From assembly GCA_049840735.1 (NCBI GenBank), contig JASGJN010000022.1, positions 64,001 to 128,000 of the forward strand: 64,000 bases of DNA, written 5' to 3'. The notes under the pieces were generated by a model. That model was given only the letters and a program-made list of their open reading frames with translations, made no database searches and was not told where the DNA came from. Of the stretch, positions 18,782-29,788 are shown one piece after another (position 1 is the stretch's first letter; every line of letters starts with the position of its first letter). The stretch is from Anaeromyxobacter sp. (lineage in GTDB: Bacteria; Myxococcota; Myxococcia; Myxococcales; Anaeromyxobacteraceae). The translations under genes and the position numbers were made by a program.

Positions 18782-21552
18782 GTGCCGACCGATTCTCGCC
18801 GCGCCGCCGATCGAGGACGGCGTGGTGACCGCCGAGCAGATGGCGCTCGCCGCGGTCCGCCAGCGCGCGGCCGGCGGCGGCCTGGACACCGCGCTGCTGG
18901 AGCTGGGCGCGGTGGAGGAGCCGGCGCTGGCCGCCGCCCTCTCGCGCGTCTCCGGCCTCCCCGCGGCCCCTCCCTCGGCCTGGAGCGCCGCCGACGCCCG
19001 CGCGCGGCGCGTGTTCCCGTCGCGCGTGGCCGAGCGGCACGGGCTGGCGCCCTTCGCGCTCTCCGGGCGCGAGCTGTCGCTGGTGGCGGCCTTCCCCATC
19101 GACGGCGTGCTGCTGGACGAGATCAGCTTCATGCTCTCGCTCCACCTCACGCCGCACGTGGCGCCGGAGTGGCGCGTCCGCTCCCTCATCCACCAGCTCT
19201 ACGGCGGTCCGCTCGAGCCGCGCTTCGCGGCCCTGGCCGAGGGCAACGGCAGGCTGGCCGCGCCCATCACCGTGGAGGCGCCGCCGGCCGAGGCCGCGCC
19301 CGCGCCGCCCGCCGCGGCGCCCGCGCCCGCCGCGCCGCGCGAGGAGCCGGAGGTCTACGACCCGCAGGCCCTGGCCCCGCCGCCGGAGCACGCGTTCGAC
19401 GAGGAGGAGCCGCTCCTGGAGGAGCCGGCCGGCCTGGACCTGGCCGCGCCGCGGCTGCCCGCAGGTGGCTTCACCCGCTCGCCGGACGAGCCGCTGGAGC
19501 CGCTGGCCGAGGCGCTGGCCCAGGCGCTGGAGTCGGACGAGCTCTCCTTCTTCGACGAGCACCTCGACGACGAGCACGCGGCGGAGGCGCCTGCTCCGAG
19601 CGGCATCGTGGAGGCGCCCGTGGCCCCGCCGCCCGCGGCGGCCCCCGGGGCGTCTGCCCTCGACGCGCCCCCGGGCTGGACGCTGGACGAGGCCCGCGCC
19701 GCCCTGGCGGCGGCCGGCGGGCGCGACGCGGTGGTGCGGGTGGTGCTGCGCTACGCCCGCGACCTGTTCGAGTTCGCGGCCTTCTTCGCCGTGACGCGTG
19801 ACGCGGTCGCCGGCCACGACGCGCTGGGCCAGGAGGAGGACGCGCGCGCGCTCTGCCGCGGCACCGCCATCTACGTGAGCGACCCGGGCACCATCCACAC
19901 GGTGATCGAGACCCGCGCCCCGTACCTCGGCCCCGTCGAGCGGTCCGCGGTGGGCAACCAGGCGGTGCTGGACGGCCTGCGGCGCGGCACGCCCAGGACG
20001 GTGCTGGTGGCGCCGGTCCTGCTGCGCAACCGGGTGGCCTGCCTGCTCTACGCCGACAACGGCCCGGCCGCGGTGTCGCCGCGGCGGCTGGAGAACCTGC
20101 TCCTGCCGGTCTCCGCCGTGGGGCCGACCTTCGACCGGATGATCCGCGAGCGGAAGCGGCGCCGGGTGGAGTCCGCGCCGGCCGCGCCTGCGCCTGCGCC
20201 AGCGCCTGCTCCTACGGTCGAGGTCGCCGTCGCGGCGCCGCCGCCCGTCGCGCCGGAGCCGCAAGCTGCGCCCCAGCCGCCGCCCGCGACGCCCGGACCG
20301 CCACCCGCGCCGGCAGCCGCGAGCGCCGAGCCGGAGCCCTGGACCGCCGCGCGGCTGGGCGAGGTGGCGGGCGGGCCGCAGGGCGAGCTGATCCAGCCGC
20401 CGCCGTCGCCCACCCCGCCGCCGGTCGCCGTCGAATCCGCCGCCCGGGCCGGCCTCGCAGCCCGAGCCGTGGAAGACGAACGAGCCGGCGCTGGCGACCG
20501 ACTTCGACATCGACCTGGAGCTGGGCCAGGACGAGCTGACCGACCTCGAAGAGGAGCCCCCGCGGATTGACGCGGAGGCGGCGCCGGAGCCGGCGCACGA
20601 ACCGAAGCCTGAGCCGGCGCGGCAGCCGGAGCCGCAGCCGGAGCCTGAGCGGCGGCTGGAGCCGGGACCGCGTCCCGAGCCGGAGCCGCATCCGGAACCG
20701 GGGCCGGAGCCCGCACCCGCCGATCCCCTGCAGGCCGCCCTCGCGGCGCTGCTCGCCACCGCGCCCGGCAGCCCCGAGCGCGAGTCCGCCATCGCCGCGG
20801 TCACGGCCCTGCCGGACGCGCCCTCCACGCTCGCCGCGGCGCTCCCCGGGCCCGTCGAGGCCGAGGCCGGTCCCGCCGCGGCGCGCGGGCCGGTGGCCGC
20901 CGCGGTGGCCGCGCTGGGGGCCGTCGCCGCGCCGGCGCTCCTGCCGCTGCTGCAGGAGAACGATCCGGCGCGCCGGCTCATCGCCGTGGTCCTGCTGGGC
21001 CAGGCCGCCGTGCCCTCCACCTTCCCGGCGGTGGCCGACCGCGCCATCGACGGCGACGCGCGCGTGGCCGCCGCCGCGGCCGATGCGCTGGCGGCCGCGC
21101 GCCGGCACCCCGGCATGCGGACCGTGCCGGAGAAGCTGCGCCGCGCGCTGCTCTCCGGCGTGGCCTCGCGGGCCATGGGCGCGGCGCGGGCGCTGGGCGC
21201 GCTGCGCGACGCCGACGCCATCCCCATGCTGATCCAGGTGGTGGAGTCCGGCGACCGCGACACCTCCGCCGCCGCCGCCGACGCGCTGGAGCGGATCACG
21301 CTGCAGCGGATCGGTCCGGACGCGCGCGGCTGGCTGCGCTGGTGGAAGGAGAACCGCGGCCGCGGCCGGGCCGAGTGGCTCTTCTCAGGCCTGACCCACG
21401 CCGATGTCGCGGTGCGGCAGGCGGCCATGGACGAGCTCACCGCCGCGGCGCCGCCCCCGGTGGCCTACGCGGTGGACGCCCCCCAGGCGGACCGCGAGAA
21501 CGCCGCCCGTTCCTGGGCGGGCTGGTGGGCCCGTTCGGGGCAGGTGCTCTGA
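18782..21552 (+). CDS. frgA: FrgA-like protein (GspE-N/MshEN-like N-terminus, GAF-like middle, C-terminal HEAT repeats), apparent frameshifts at ~18793 and ~20434
   Basis: [23 protein letters not shown]-terminal domain resembles Myxococcus FrgA as I recall it. After removing one base at gaatcc the frame runs into ORF 20893..21552 (HEAT repeats). Confidence 0.6.
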
Positions 21553-21646
21553 GGAAAGTGCCCGTGGCTCCTGGCAGATCCTTGCCAGGGCAGAATGCCG
21601 CTGCATATCCTCGCCCTCCCCCGAAGACCCCCCGCGAGGCATCACC

Positions 21647-23209
21647 ATGTCCAAGCCGCTCGACCCCGATCCGCGCAGGGCGCTGCTCGATCGCCTGAAC
21701 CAGGAGGCGGAGCTGGGGGGCGGCGAGGAGCGCATCGCCCGCCAGCACAAGGACGGGAAGCTCACCGCGCGGGAGCGGGTCGAGATGTTCCTCGACCCCG
21801 GCACCTTCGTGGAGATGGACCGGTTCAAGACGCACCGCTGCGCAGAGTTCGGGATGGAGAAGCAGAGGATCCTGGGCGACGGCGTGGTGACCGGCTACGG
21901 CCTGGTCGAGGGGCGGCAGGTCTTCGTCTTCGCGCAGGACTTCACCGTCTTCGGCGGCTCGCTCTCCGGCGCCTTCGCCGAGAAGATTTGCAAGGTGATG
22001 GACCGGGCCATGGAGGTGGGCTGCCCGGTGATCGGCCTCAACGACTCCGGCGGCGCGCGCATCCAGGAGGGCGTGGTCTCGCTGGCCGGCTACGCCGACA
22101 TCTTCCTGCGCAACACCCTGGCCTCCGGCGTGGTCCCGCAGATCTCGGTGATCATGGGCCCCTGCGCCGGCGGCGCGGTCTACAGCCCGGCCATCACCGA
22201 CTTCATCTTCATGGTGAAGGACACGTCGTACATGTTCATCACCGGGCCGGAGGTCATCAAGACCGTCACGCACGAGGAGGTGACCAAGGAGGACCTGGGC
22301 GGCGCCCAGACCCACTCCACCCGCTCCGGCGTGGCCCACTTCGCGCTCGACACCGAGGAGGCCACGCTCCGCGGCGTGCGCGAGCTGCTCTCCTTCCTGC
22401 CGCTCAACAACACCGACGACCCGCCCGCGCAGCCCTGCGCCGACGACGTGGGGCGCCGCGACGAGGCGCTCAAGACCGTCATCCCCGACAGCCCCAACAA
22501 GCCCTACGACATGAAGGACGTGATCGAGGGCGTGGTGGACGACCGGCACTTCTTCGAGGTGGGCGAGCACTACGCCATGAACATCCTCTGCGGCTTCGCC
22601 CGGATGAACGGGCGGCCGGTGGGGATCGTGGCCAACCAGCCGGCGGTGCTGGCGGGCGTGCTGGACATCAACGCGTCGGTCAAGGCGGCCCGCTTCGTCC
22701 GCTTCTGCGACGCCTTCAACATCCCGCTGCTCACCTTCGTGGACGTGCCCGGCTTCCTGCCCGGCACAGACCAGGAGTGGAACGGCATCATCACCCACGG
22801 CGCCAAGCTGCTCTACGCCTACGCCGAGGCCACCGTGCCCAAGGTGACCGTCATCACGCGCAAGGCCTACGGCGGCGCCTACGACGTGATGGCCTCCAAG
22901 CACATCCGCGCAGACGTGAACCTGGCCTTCCCCACCGCCGAGATCGCGGTCATGGGGCCGGAGGGCGCGGTCAACATCATCTTCCGCAAGGAGCTGGCCG
23001 CCGCCGCCGACCCGGCCGCGGAGCGGGCCCGCCTCATCGCCGAGTACCGCGAGAAGTTCGCCAACCCCTACAAGGCGGCCGAGCTGGGCTACATCGACGA
23101 GGTCATCAAGCCGGAGGAGACCCGGCCCAAGGTGATCCGCCACCTGGAGATGCTGCGCACCAAGCGCCAGGAGCTGCCGCCCAAGAAGCACGGGAACATC
23201 CCGCTGTAG
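21647..23209 (+). CDS. pccB: Acyl-CoA (propionyl-CoA) carboxylase carboxyltransferase subunit
   Basis: [35 protein letters not shown] and PKKHGNIPL motifs. Confidence 0.93.
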   Translation: MSKPLDPDPRRALLDRLNQEAELGGGEERIARQHKDGKLTARERVEMFLDPGTFVEMDRFKTHRCAEFGMEKQRILGDGVVTGYGLVEGRQVFVFAQDFTVFGGSLSGAFAEKICKVMDRAMEVGCPVIGLNDSGGARIQEGVVSLAGYADIFLRNTLASGVVPQISVIMGPCAGGAVYSPAITDFIFMVKDTSYMFITGPEVIKTVTHEEVTKEDLGGAQTHSTRSGVAHFALDTEEATLRGVRELLSFLPLNNTDDPPAQPCADDVGRRDEALKTVIPDSPNKPYDMKDVIEGVVDDRHFFEVGEHYAMNILCGFARMNGRPVGIVANQPAVLAGVLDINASVKAARFVRFCDAFNIPLLTFVDVPGFLPGTDQEWNGIITHGAKLLYAYAEATVPKVTVITRKAYGGAYDVMASKHIRADVNLAFPTAEIAVMGPEGAVNIIFRKELAAAADPAAERARLIAEYREKFANPYKAAELGYIDEVIKPEETRPKVIRHLEMLRTKRQELPPKKHGNIPL

Positions 23210-23316
23210 GGGCGCGGAGCCTCGCGTTCGGCCCGACCATCGCGTCCGCAGGCCCAGCCTGCCGAAGGGCCGAGGGCCGATGCGCCGCGCGCTGGAGCGC
23301 GCCACCGGTGCCACGG

Positions 23317-24140
23317 GCCCCGTTCGTCCTGAGCCTAGCGCCCGCCCGGCGGGCGCGGAGTCGAAGGACAGGGATCTTCGCCTGGCCCGCTCGCGAATCC
23401 CGTTCATGGTTCGACTCCGGGCCGGCCAGGCCGCGCTCCCGGCGCGAGCCCGGCCCTGCGCTCACCATGAACGGAGGGTAAACCTTTGGCGTCGCCTGCC
23501 ATGGGCCTGCCGAAGGGCTCGGGATGTGCGGAACGTGCGGGCCAGGGCCGCCGCCCCGCTCACCTCGCCGGCGCGTTCGCCGCCAGCGCCACCTTCTCGA
23601 TCAGGCAGCGGTCGTCGTTGGCCCCCGTTCGTCCTGAGCGTAGCGCCCGCTCGGCGGGCGCGGAGTCGAAGGACAGGGATCTTCGCCTGGCCCGCTCGCG
23701 AATCCCGTTCATGGTTCGACTCCGGGCCGGCCAGGCTGCACGCTCGGCGCGAGCCCGGCCCTGCGCTCACCACGAACGGAGGGTGAAGACCTTCGGCGTC
23801 GCGCCACCTCCTCGATCAGGCAGCGGTCGTCGTTGGCCCCCGTTCGTCCTGAGCGTAGCGCCCGCCCGGCGGGCGCGGAGTCGAAGGACAGGGATCTTCG
23901 CCTGGCCCGCTCGCGAATCCCGTTCATGGTTCGACTCCGGGCCGGCCAGGCTGCACGCTCGGCGCGAGCCCGGCCCTGCGCTCACCATGAACGGAGGGTG
24001 AACCTTTGCCGTCGCCTGCCATGGGCCTGCCGAAGGGCCCGGGATGTGCGGAACGTGCGTGCCAGGGCCGCCGCCCCGCTCACCTCACCGGCGCGTCCGC
24101 CGCCAGCGCCACCTTCTCGATCAGGCAGCGGTCGTCGTTG
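23317..24140. repeat. Three tandem copies of a compound REP unit plus flanking DNA (offsets 305 and 215 bp)
   Basis: CGTTCGTCCTGAGC starts at 23321, 23626 and 23841. Each unit ends in CTCGATCAGGCAGCGGTCGTCGTTG, from the 3' end of the neighbouring gene. Confidence 0.95.
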
Positions 24141-24628
24141 CAGACGCTGAACGCCAGCGTGCCGGCCAGCCGCGCCGCGCCGGCGGGCGGCGCGGTGAAG
24201 GGCAGGGCCACGGTGAGCGCGCAGGCGTGCTCCGGGTGCTCGGCGCAGGGCGTGCGCTCGGCGCCGGTCCCCAGCGCCACGCGCTCGCCGGAGAAGCGGG
24301 CGGTGGCGGCCGGGTCGGGCGAGAAGGAGAGCGGGTAGTCCGGGTTCACGTGGAAGGTGCCGCGGGCGCCGATGCGGACGCGCGCCTGGGCGGGCGCGCC
24401 GGCGGTGGCGGCGGGCGTCTCCAGCGCCACGGTCCAGGCCTCCGCCTCGGCCGTCGGGCCGGCCGGCGCCGGGGCGCTGGCGGGGAGCGGCGCCGGGAGG
24501 GGCACGAGCGCGCCGGTGGTGGGCTTGGCCGGCTCGGGCGGCACCGGCGCGGGCACCTCCTCGCGGCAGCGGGTGCAGCCGGCGAGGGCCAGGAGCAGCA
24601 GGGCGGTGACGGGGCGGCGCACGGTCAC
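24080..24628 (-). CDS. Putative lipoprotein with DsbD N-terminal-like domain
   Basis: LAGC lipobox; FHVNPDYP and FSVCNDDRC motifs; GTGA-coupled to the redoxin gene. Confidence 0.65.
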   Translation of the reverse strand: MTVRRPVTALLLLALAGCTRCREEVPAPVPPEPAKPTTGALVPLPAPLPASAPAPAGPTAEAEAWTVALETPAATAGAPAQARVRIGARGTFHVNPDYPLSFSPDPAATARFSGERVALGTGAERTPCAEHPEHACALTVALPFTAPPAGAARLAGTLAFSVCNDDRCLIEKVALAADAPVR

Positions 24629-25233
24629 CTCGAGGCGTACTTCACGCTGCAGCCGTAGGCCTTGGTGGACGGCGTCCGGACCGGCCGGCCGGCGGCCAGG
24701 TCCGCCACCGCCTCCGAGACGTACTCGACCAGGTGGCCGCCCTCCGGCGCGCCGCGCTCGCCGTCGGGCGAGTTGTCGATGCCGCCGCGGTAGGCCAGCG
24801 TGCCGCGCGCGTCGATCACGAACAGGTGGGGGGTGTTGGTGGCGCCGTAGGCGCGCCCCACCGTCCCCTCCGGATCGAGCAGGATGGGGTAGGCCAGCTT
24901 GAAGCGCGCCGCGCCCTCCCGGTTGACCTCCGGCCCGTACCCCTGCTTCCCGGGCGCGGCCGAGTTCACCGCCAGCCACACCACGCCCTGCTGCCCGAGC
25001 CGGTCGGCCAGCCCCACCAGCGAGCCGCGGGTGTGCGAGGCGACCACGAACGGGCACTGCGGGTTGAACCACTCCAGCACCACCACCTTGCCGCGCAGCG
25101 CGGAGAGCTGGACGGCCTTGCCGTCCAGGTCCTGCAGCGTGAAATCGGGGGCGGGCTGGCCGGTCGCCGCCGGGTCGGCGGCGGCGGCGAGGGCAGGGAG
25201 CGCGAGCAGGAGGGCGAGGAGCGTGCGGGGCAT
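24625..25233 (-). CDS. Exported redoxin/thioredoxin-like protein
   Basis: Signal peptide; APDFTL, VLEWFNPQCPFV, YGATNTPH and YGCSVKY motifs. Confidence 0.85.
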   Translation of the reverse strand: MPRTLLALLLALPALAAAADPAATGQPAPDFTLQDLDGKAVQLSALRGKVVVLEWFNPQCPFVVASHTRGSLVGLADRLGQQGVVWLAVNSAAPGKQGYGPEVNREGAARFKLAYPILLDPEGTVGRAYGATNTPHLFVIDARGTLAYRGGIDNSPDGERGAPEGGHLVEYVSEAVADLAAGRPVRTPSTKAYGCSVKYASR

Positions 25234-25288
25234 CCCCAATCCCTAGCCGGCGGTCGCCGCCCGGGCGACCACCGGAGAGGGGCTCCCG

Positions 25289-28001
25289 TCAGAAGTCGCG
25301 GACCTCCCCCTCGTCGTCCATGGGGAAGGCGAGGTCCTTCGCCGGGCCGGGCCGGCCGTTGCGCGGCGGGGGCGGGGCAGGGCGCGCCGCCGGAGCCGCC
25401 AGGCGGGCGGCGGTCCGGGCCGGGCGGTGGAGCGCGGCCTCGCGCTCCAGCTGGAAGGTGCCGATCATCGAGGAGAGCAGCTCGGCCTGCGAGGAGAGCT
25501 CGCTGGCCGCCGAGGAGGACTCCTCGGCGCTGGCCGCGTTCTGCTGGGTGACCTTGTCCATCTCGGAGACGGCCCGGTTCACCTGGTCCATGCCCTGGGT
25601 CTGGGCGCGGGCGGAGGTGGCGATCTCGGTCACCATGGCGGTGACCCGCTCCACCCCGCGCGCGATCTCGTCCAGCCGCCCGGCCACGTGCTTCGCGGCC
25701 CCCTCGCCCTCGCCGGCGTGGCGGACCGACTCGCGGATGAGCCCCTCGGTCTTCTGCGCCGCCTCCTTGGCCCGCAGCGCCAGGGAGCGGACCTCCTCGG
25801 CCACCACCGCGAAGCCCCGGCCGGCGTCGCCGGCCCGGGCCGCCTCCACGGCGGCGTTGAGCGCCAGCAGGTTGGTCTGGAAGGCGATGTCCGAGACGTC
25901 CTTGATGATCTGCGAGGTGCCCTCGGCGGAGGCCCGGATCTGCGCCATGGCCCCCTCCATCTGGTGCACCGCCGCCACGCCCGCCACCGCCGCGGCGTGG
26001 GCGCCGCCGGCGATCTCGGCTCGCCTCCTGGGCGGTGGCCTCGGCGTGCCGGGCCTGCGCGGCCACCGACTCCACCGACGCGCCGGTCTCGGTCAGGGCC
26101 GAGGCCTGCTCGGAGGCGCCGCTCGCCACCGCCTGCGACGAGGCGGCGATCTGCGTGGCCGCGCTGGAGACCTGGCCCACCGCGCCGGACACCTGCTGCA
26201 GCGCCTCGTGCAGCCGCTCCGCGGTCTGGTTGAGCGCCGCCTTGATGCGGGCGTGCTCGCCGCGGTACTCGCCCTTCATGCGGGTGCGCAGGTCGCGCTG
26301 CGCCAGCCGCTCCAGCACCACCGTGGCCTCCTCCACCGGCGCCAGCGTGGCGTCGAGCGTGGCGTTCACGCCGTCCACGATGCGCCGGAACTCGCCCTGG
26401 TGCCGGTCCAGCCTGGCCCGCTCGTCCAGCCGGCCGGCGAGCGCGGCCTGGTTGAGCGCGTCCACGTCGGCCACCAGCGCGCCCACCGCGCTCATGCAGC
26501 CGTTCAGGCCCTGCCGCAGCACCTCCAGCTCGCCCTGGGCCGGCGTGGTGGTGGGCGCGGGCAGGTCGCCGCGGGCCAGCCTGGCGACCTGGCCTGCCGC
26601 GTCGCGCAGCGGCGCGATCACCGCCGCCAGCGCGGCGTCGATCCCCTCGACCATCGCCTTCCACTCGCCCCGGAACCGGCCCGCCTCGGCGTGGGCCGAG
26701 AGGTCGCCGGCCTGGGTCCGGCGCGCCAGCTCGGTCACCTCGGCCGCCACGGCGCGCAGGTTGTCGCGCACCTGGTCCATCGCCTGGTGGGCCACGGCCA
26801 GCTTGCCGGGGAAGCGGCGCGCCTGGCGCGCGAAGTCACCGGCCCCGTAGGCCTGCAGCACCTCCAGCAGGTGGAGGATGGCCTCCACGTGGTGCTGCAT
26901 CCCGGCGTTGAGGCCTGCCGCCACCCGCCGGTAGGCGCCCTCGAACCGCGCCTCGTCCACCTTGGCCTCGAGATCGCCGGCCACCTGCAGGCGGGAGGTC
27001 TCGTCCATGGTCTCCACCAGCCCCGAGACCGCTGCGCTGCAGCGGTTGAGCGCGTCGCGCAGCGTGCCGAACTCGCCCTGGAACGAGGCGGTGATGGGCG
27101 GCGGGAGATCGCCCACGGAGATGCGCGCCAGGTGGGCGTGCACCGTCTGGAGCGGCTCGGCGTAGGCGTCCATGATCCGGTTGATGCCGTGCACCACCGG
27201 CTGGAAGTCCGGGCTCACGTGGGCCGCGTCGGCGCGGTCGGCCAGGCGCCCCGCGGCCACCGCCTCGGCCATCTGCAGCGCCTCGTCCGTCAGCGCCGCC
27301 ACCGTGCGCCGGGCGCCGCGGGCGGCCACCCACCAGAGGCCCAGCAGCGCCAGCGCGGCCAGCACCACGGCCACCGTGACGGCGCTGGCGTAGCGCGCCG
27401 CCGTCTCGCGCCCCTCCTCCACCACCGCCCGCGAGTCGAGCTCCTGCGCCGCCTGCACCGCGTCCAGGGCGTCGTCCGCAGCCTTGACCTCCTTCGAGGC
27501 CCGCTCCCAGAGCGCGCGCACCTGCGCGTCGAGCTGGTCGATCTCGGCCGGCGCAGCGCCTCCCGCCAGCCGCTGGTCACGCTCGCGGGCCAGGTCGAAC
27601 ACCTCCCCGGCGGTCTTCCGGAAGGGGGCGTCCGCCTGCGCCAGCGCCTCCAGCTTGGCCGCGACCTCCGCGTCCGCCTGCAGCCGCTGCAGCTCGGCGA
27701 AGGCCTGGTCGTACCGCTCCATGGCCTCGCGCGCCTTCTTGTTGGAGTTGGCGCGCTGCTCGGGGGTGAAGTCGCGCCCCAGGGCCGTGCCGTTGAGGCG
27801 GCGCATGATGGCGGTGTGCGCCTCGTCCATGATGCCCAGCTGGCTGGCGGCGGAGACGTGCTCCCCGCCGATGTGCTCGATGCGCTGGCGCAGGCCGGTG
27901 GTGCTGCTCCAGGCCAGGGCGCCCACCGCGACGACCACGGCGAACGCGGCGCCGAAGGCCAGCGCGAGCTGCGTGGCGATCCGCTTGTCTTCCATCCGCA
28001 T
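25289..28001 (-). CDS. Methyl-accepting chemotaxis protein (4HB sensor, poly-HAMP), apparent frameshift at ~26018
   Basis: Two TM helices, repeated HAMP units, [20 protein letters not shown] hairpin. Confidence 0.9.
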
Positions 28002-28114
28002 CACGGCACCTCGGGGCAGCGCGCCCGGGGCGGGCGGCGCAGGGCGGGGCTGAAGCTGGGGAGCCGGGGCCCAGCGGGTTTTCACCGCTGCACCCCGGCT
28101 CGACGGAACCCGGG

Positions 28115-28130
28115 AGCACCCGGCGTGCCA
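28115..28130 (-). promoter_or_regulatory. Candidate sigma54 promoter TGGCACG-CCGG-GTGCT for the MCP gene
   Basis: Near-consensus -24/-12 motif about 115 bp upstream of the start codon. Confidence 0.65.
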
Positions 28131-28260
28131 GCCCAGCGGCCGACGGCCCGCCGGACGAGGTGCGCGCGACGGCTGTGGTTTTCCCGGGCGCAGGGTCCGC
28201 GCGCCGGGGCCGCCGCCGGGGGCCGTCCGGACCCACGGTCCCCCGCAGGACCCGCCGGCG

Positions 28261-28890
28261 CTAGTGGCGCGTGGCCTCGGCCGTCGTGGTGGCCGCGCCA
28301 CCCACATCGCCGATGGGCCCCAGCGCCGAGCGCTCCACGCGGCGCCGGCCGGTGAGGGCCTGCGCGGCGCGGCGGGCCAGCCAGCCCAGGCCGCGCACGG
28401 CGTCTCCCGCCAGGCGCCCGGGCGCCGCGCGCGAGAAGAGCGCCGGGGCCTCGGCGGCGGCGCGGCCCAGGGTCACCACCCCTGCACCGTGGGTGTACAC
28501 CAGCTCGCCGCCCAGGTAGGCGGTGTAGACCGCCGCGCCGCTCGCAGCCAGGCCGGCCGCGGCGCTGGTGAGCGTGGCGCGGTGGCGGCTCCGCCAGGTG
28601 GCCACGCCCAGCGCCGCCAGCACCAGCCCCACGTTCCCGGCGCCGTGGATGAACATCATGTCGCGCGCGTGCTCGCCCTCCAGCGAGATCTCCTGCGAGG
28701 CGGCCATGCCCGCCAGGCCGGTCACCAGGCCGCTGGCCGCGGTGGCCCACCAGAGCGAGCGGGCCAGCCGGTCCAGCCGGCGGTCGCGCGGCGCCAGCGC
28801 GGCCAGCAGGTCCACCGCCGCCGTCGCCGGCAAGAGCACCAGCGGGACGTGGACCAGGGACGGGTGGAGCTCGTGCGTGCGCATGGCCAT
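28261..28890 (-). CDS. DUF2231-like membrane protein
   Basis: LHPSLVHVP, a central His, and YLGGELVYTHG motifs. Confidence 0.8.
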   Translation of the reverse strand: MAMRTHELHPSLVHVPLVLLPATAAVDLLAALAPRDRRLDRLARSLWWATAASGLVTGLAGMAASQEISLEGEHARDMMFIHGAGNVGLVLAALGVATWRSRHRATLTSAAAGLAASGAAVYTAYLGGELVYTHGAGVVTLGRAAAEAPALFSRAAPGRLAGDAVRGLGWLARRAAQALTGRRRVERSALGPIGDVGGAATTTAEATRH

Positions 28891-28969
28891 GTGATTCGCC
28901 TCCCGCCTCCACGCTGCGGACGCGCGATCGGCCGCGCAACGCGGCGCCCCGCGCTGTAGGATCCCGGGG

Positions 28970-29161
28970 ATGAAGAAGAAGCGGATGCCCAACCTGCGGG
29001 ACACCGGCCGCCATTACCTCGAGGGCACGCAGCGCGCCCGGCTGGCCAGCCCGGGGATCGAGCGCCACGTGCCCGCCGGCGGCGGCAGCCGGCTCGGCCC
29101 GGTGGTGCTGGCGCTGGTGGCGCTGGCCGCGCTGGTCGGCGCGATGCTCTGGCTTCGCTGA
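28970..29161 (+). CDS. Small hypothetical protein with C-terminal TM helix
   Basis: 63 aa ORF with a hydrophobic C-terminus and normal codon bias. Confidence 0.5.
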   Translation: MKKKRMPNLRDTGRHYLEGTQRARLASPGIERHVPAGGGSRLGPVVLALVALAALVGAMLWLR

Positions 29162-29266
29162 CCGCGCGGCGCGGGCCGTGCGCCCTGGGCCTGTCGAGGG
29201 GCGCCTGAAGCGTGGGAGCCCGGCTCCCTTTCGAGAACCGGGCTCCGGGGCGACTCGGCGTTCGCG

Positions 29267-29470
29267 CTACACCTTGCGGACGTTGGCCGCCTGCAGGCCC
29301 TTCGGCCCCTTCACCACGTCGAACTCCACCTTCTGACCCTCGGCCAGGCTCTTGAAGCCGTCGCCGCTGATCGCGCTGTAGTGGCAGAAGACGTCCTCAC
29401 CACCGTTGTCCTGCGTGATGAAGCCGAAGCCCTTCGCGTCGTTGAACCACTTCACGGTGCCAGTCGCCAT
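29267..29470 (-). CDS. cspA: Cold-shock protein
   Basis: [15 protein letters not shown] (RNP1) and DVFCHYSAI (RNP2); AT-rich leader. Confidence 0.95.
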   Translation of the reverse strand: MATGTVKWFNDAKGFGFITQDNGGEDVFCHYSAISGDGFKSLAEGQKVEFDVVKGPKGLQAANVRKV

Positions 29471-29692
29471 TCACCAGCTCTTTTCTTCGTTGACGATCCG
29501 TCGAGATGACGTTCGGTTCGCCCCGAAAAATGGGCGGACCAAAAATCTTTAGACCAAAATGAAAGATGCGTCGAGGTGCCGCGCCTGCCTGCTTGCGCTC
29601 CGGAAGGGGCGCGCCAGGCGCCCCGGGGGACGCAAACGTTCACGTCCTCCCGCGGGCGGGTGAAGGCCCAGGCGCGACGGGCGTTTCGGAGG

Positions 29693-29763
29693 CTTCAGAC
29701 CTCCGGCCTCAGACCTCAGGAAAGGCGCCGCTCCACCTTCGGTCCGAGGCCTGGAGCCCGGCG
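29693..29763. repeat. Heptamer repeat tracts in inverted arrangement
   Basis: cttcaga cctccgg cctcaga cctcagg ... tccgagg cctggag cccggcg. Confidence 0.6.
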
Positions 29764-29788
29764 CCCCGGCGGCGCGGCATCGCCGCCG

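Noticed and set aside
21551..21600. RNase P RNA start (GAGGAAAGT)
   Set aside because: Only a short match in a gap under 100 bp; the other conserved RNase P elements are absent.
23560..24140. Diversity-generating retroelement TR/VR pair
   Set aside because: No reverse transcriptase. The few differences are not restricted to adenines, and the duplication includes non-coding flanks.
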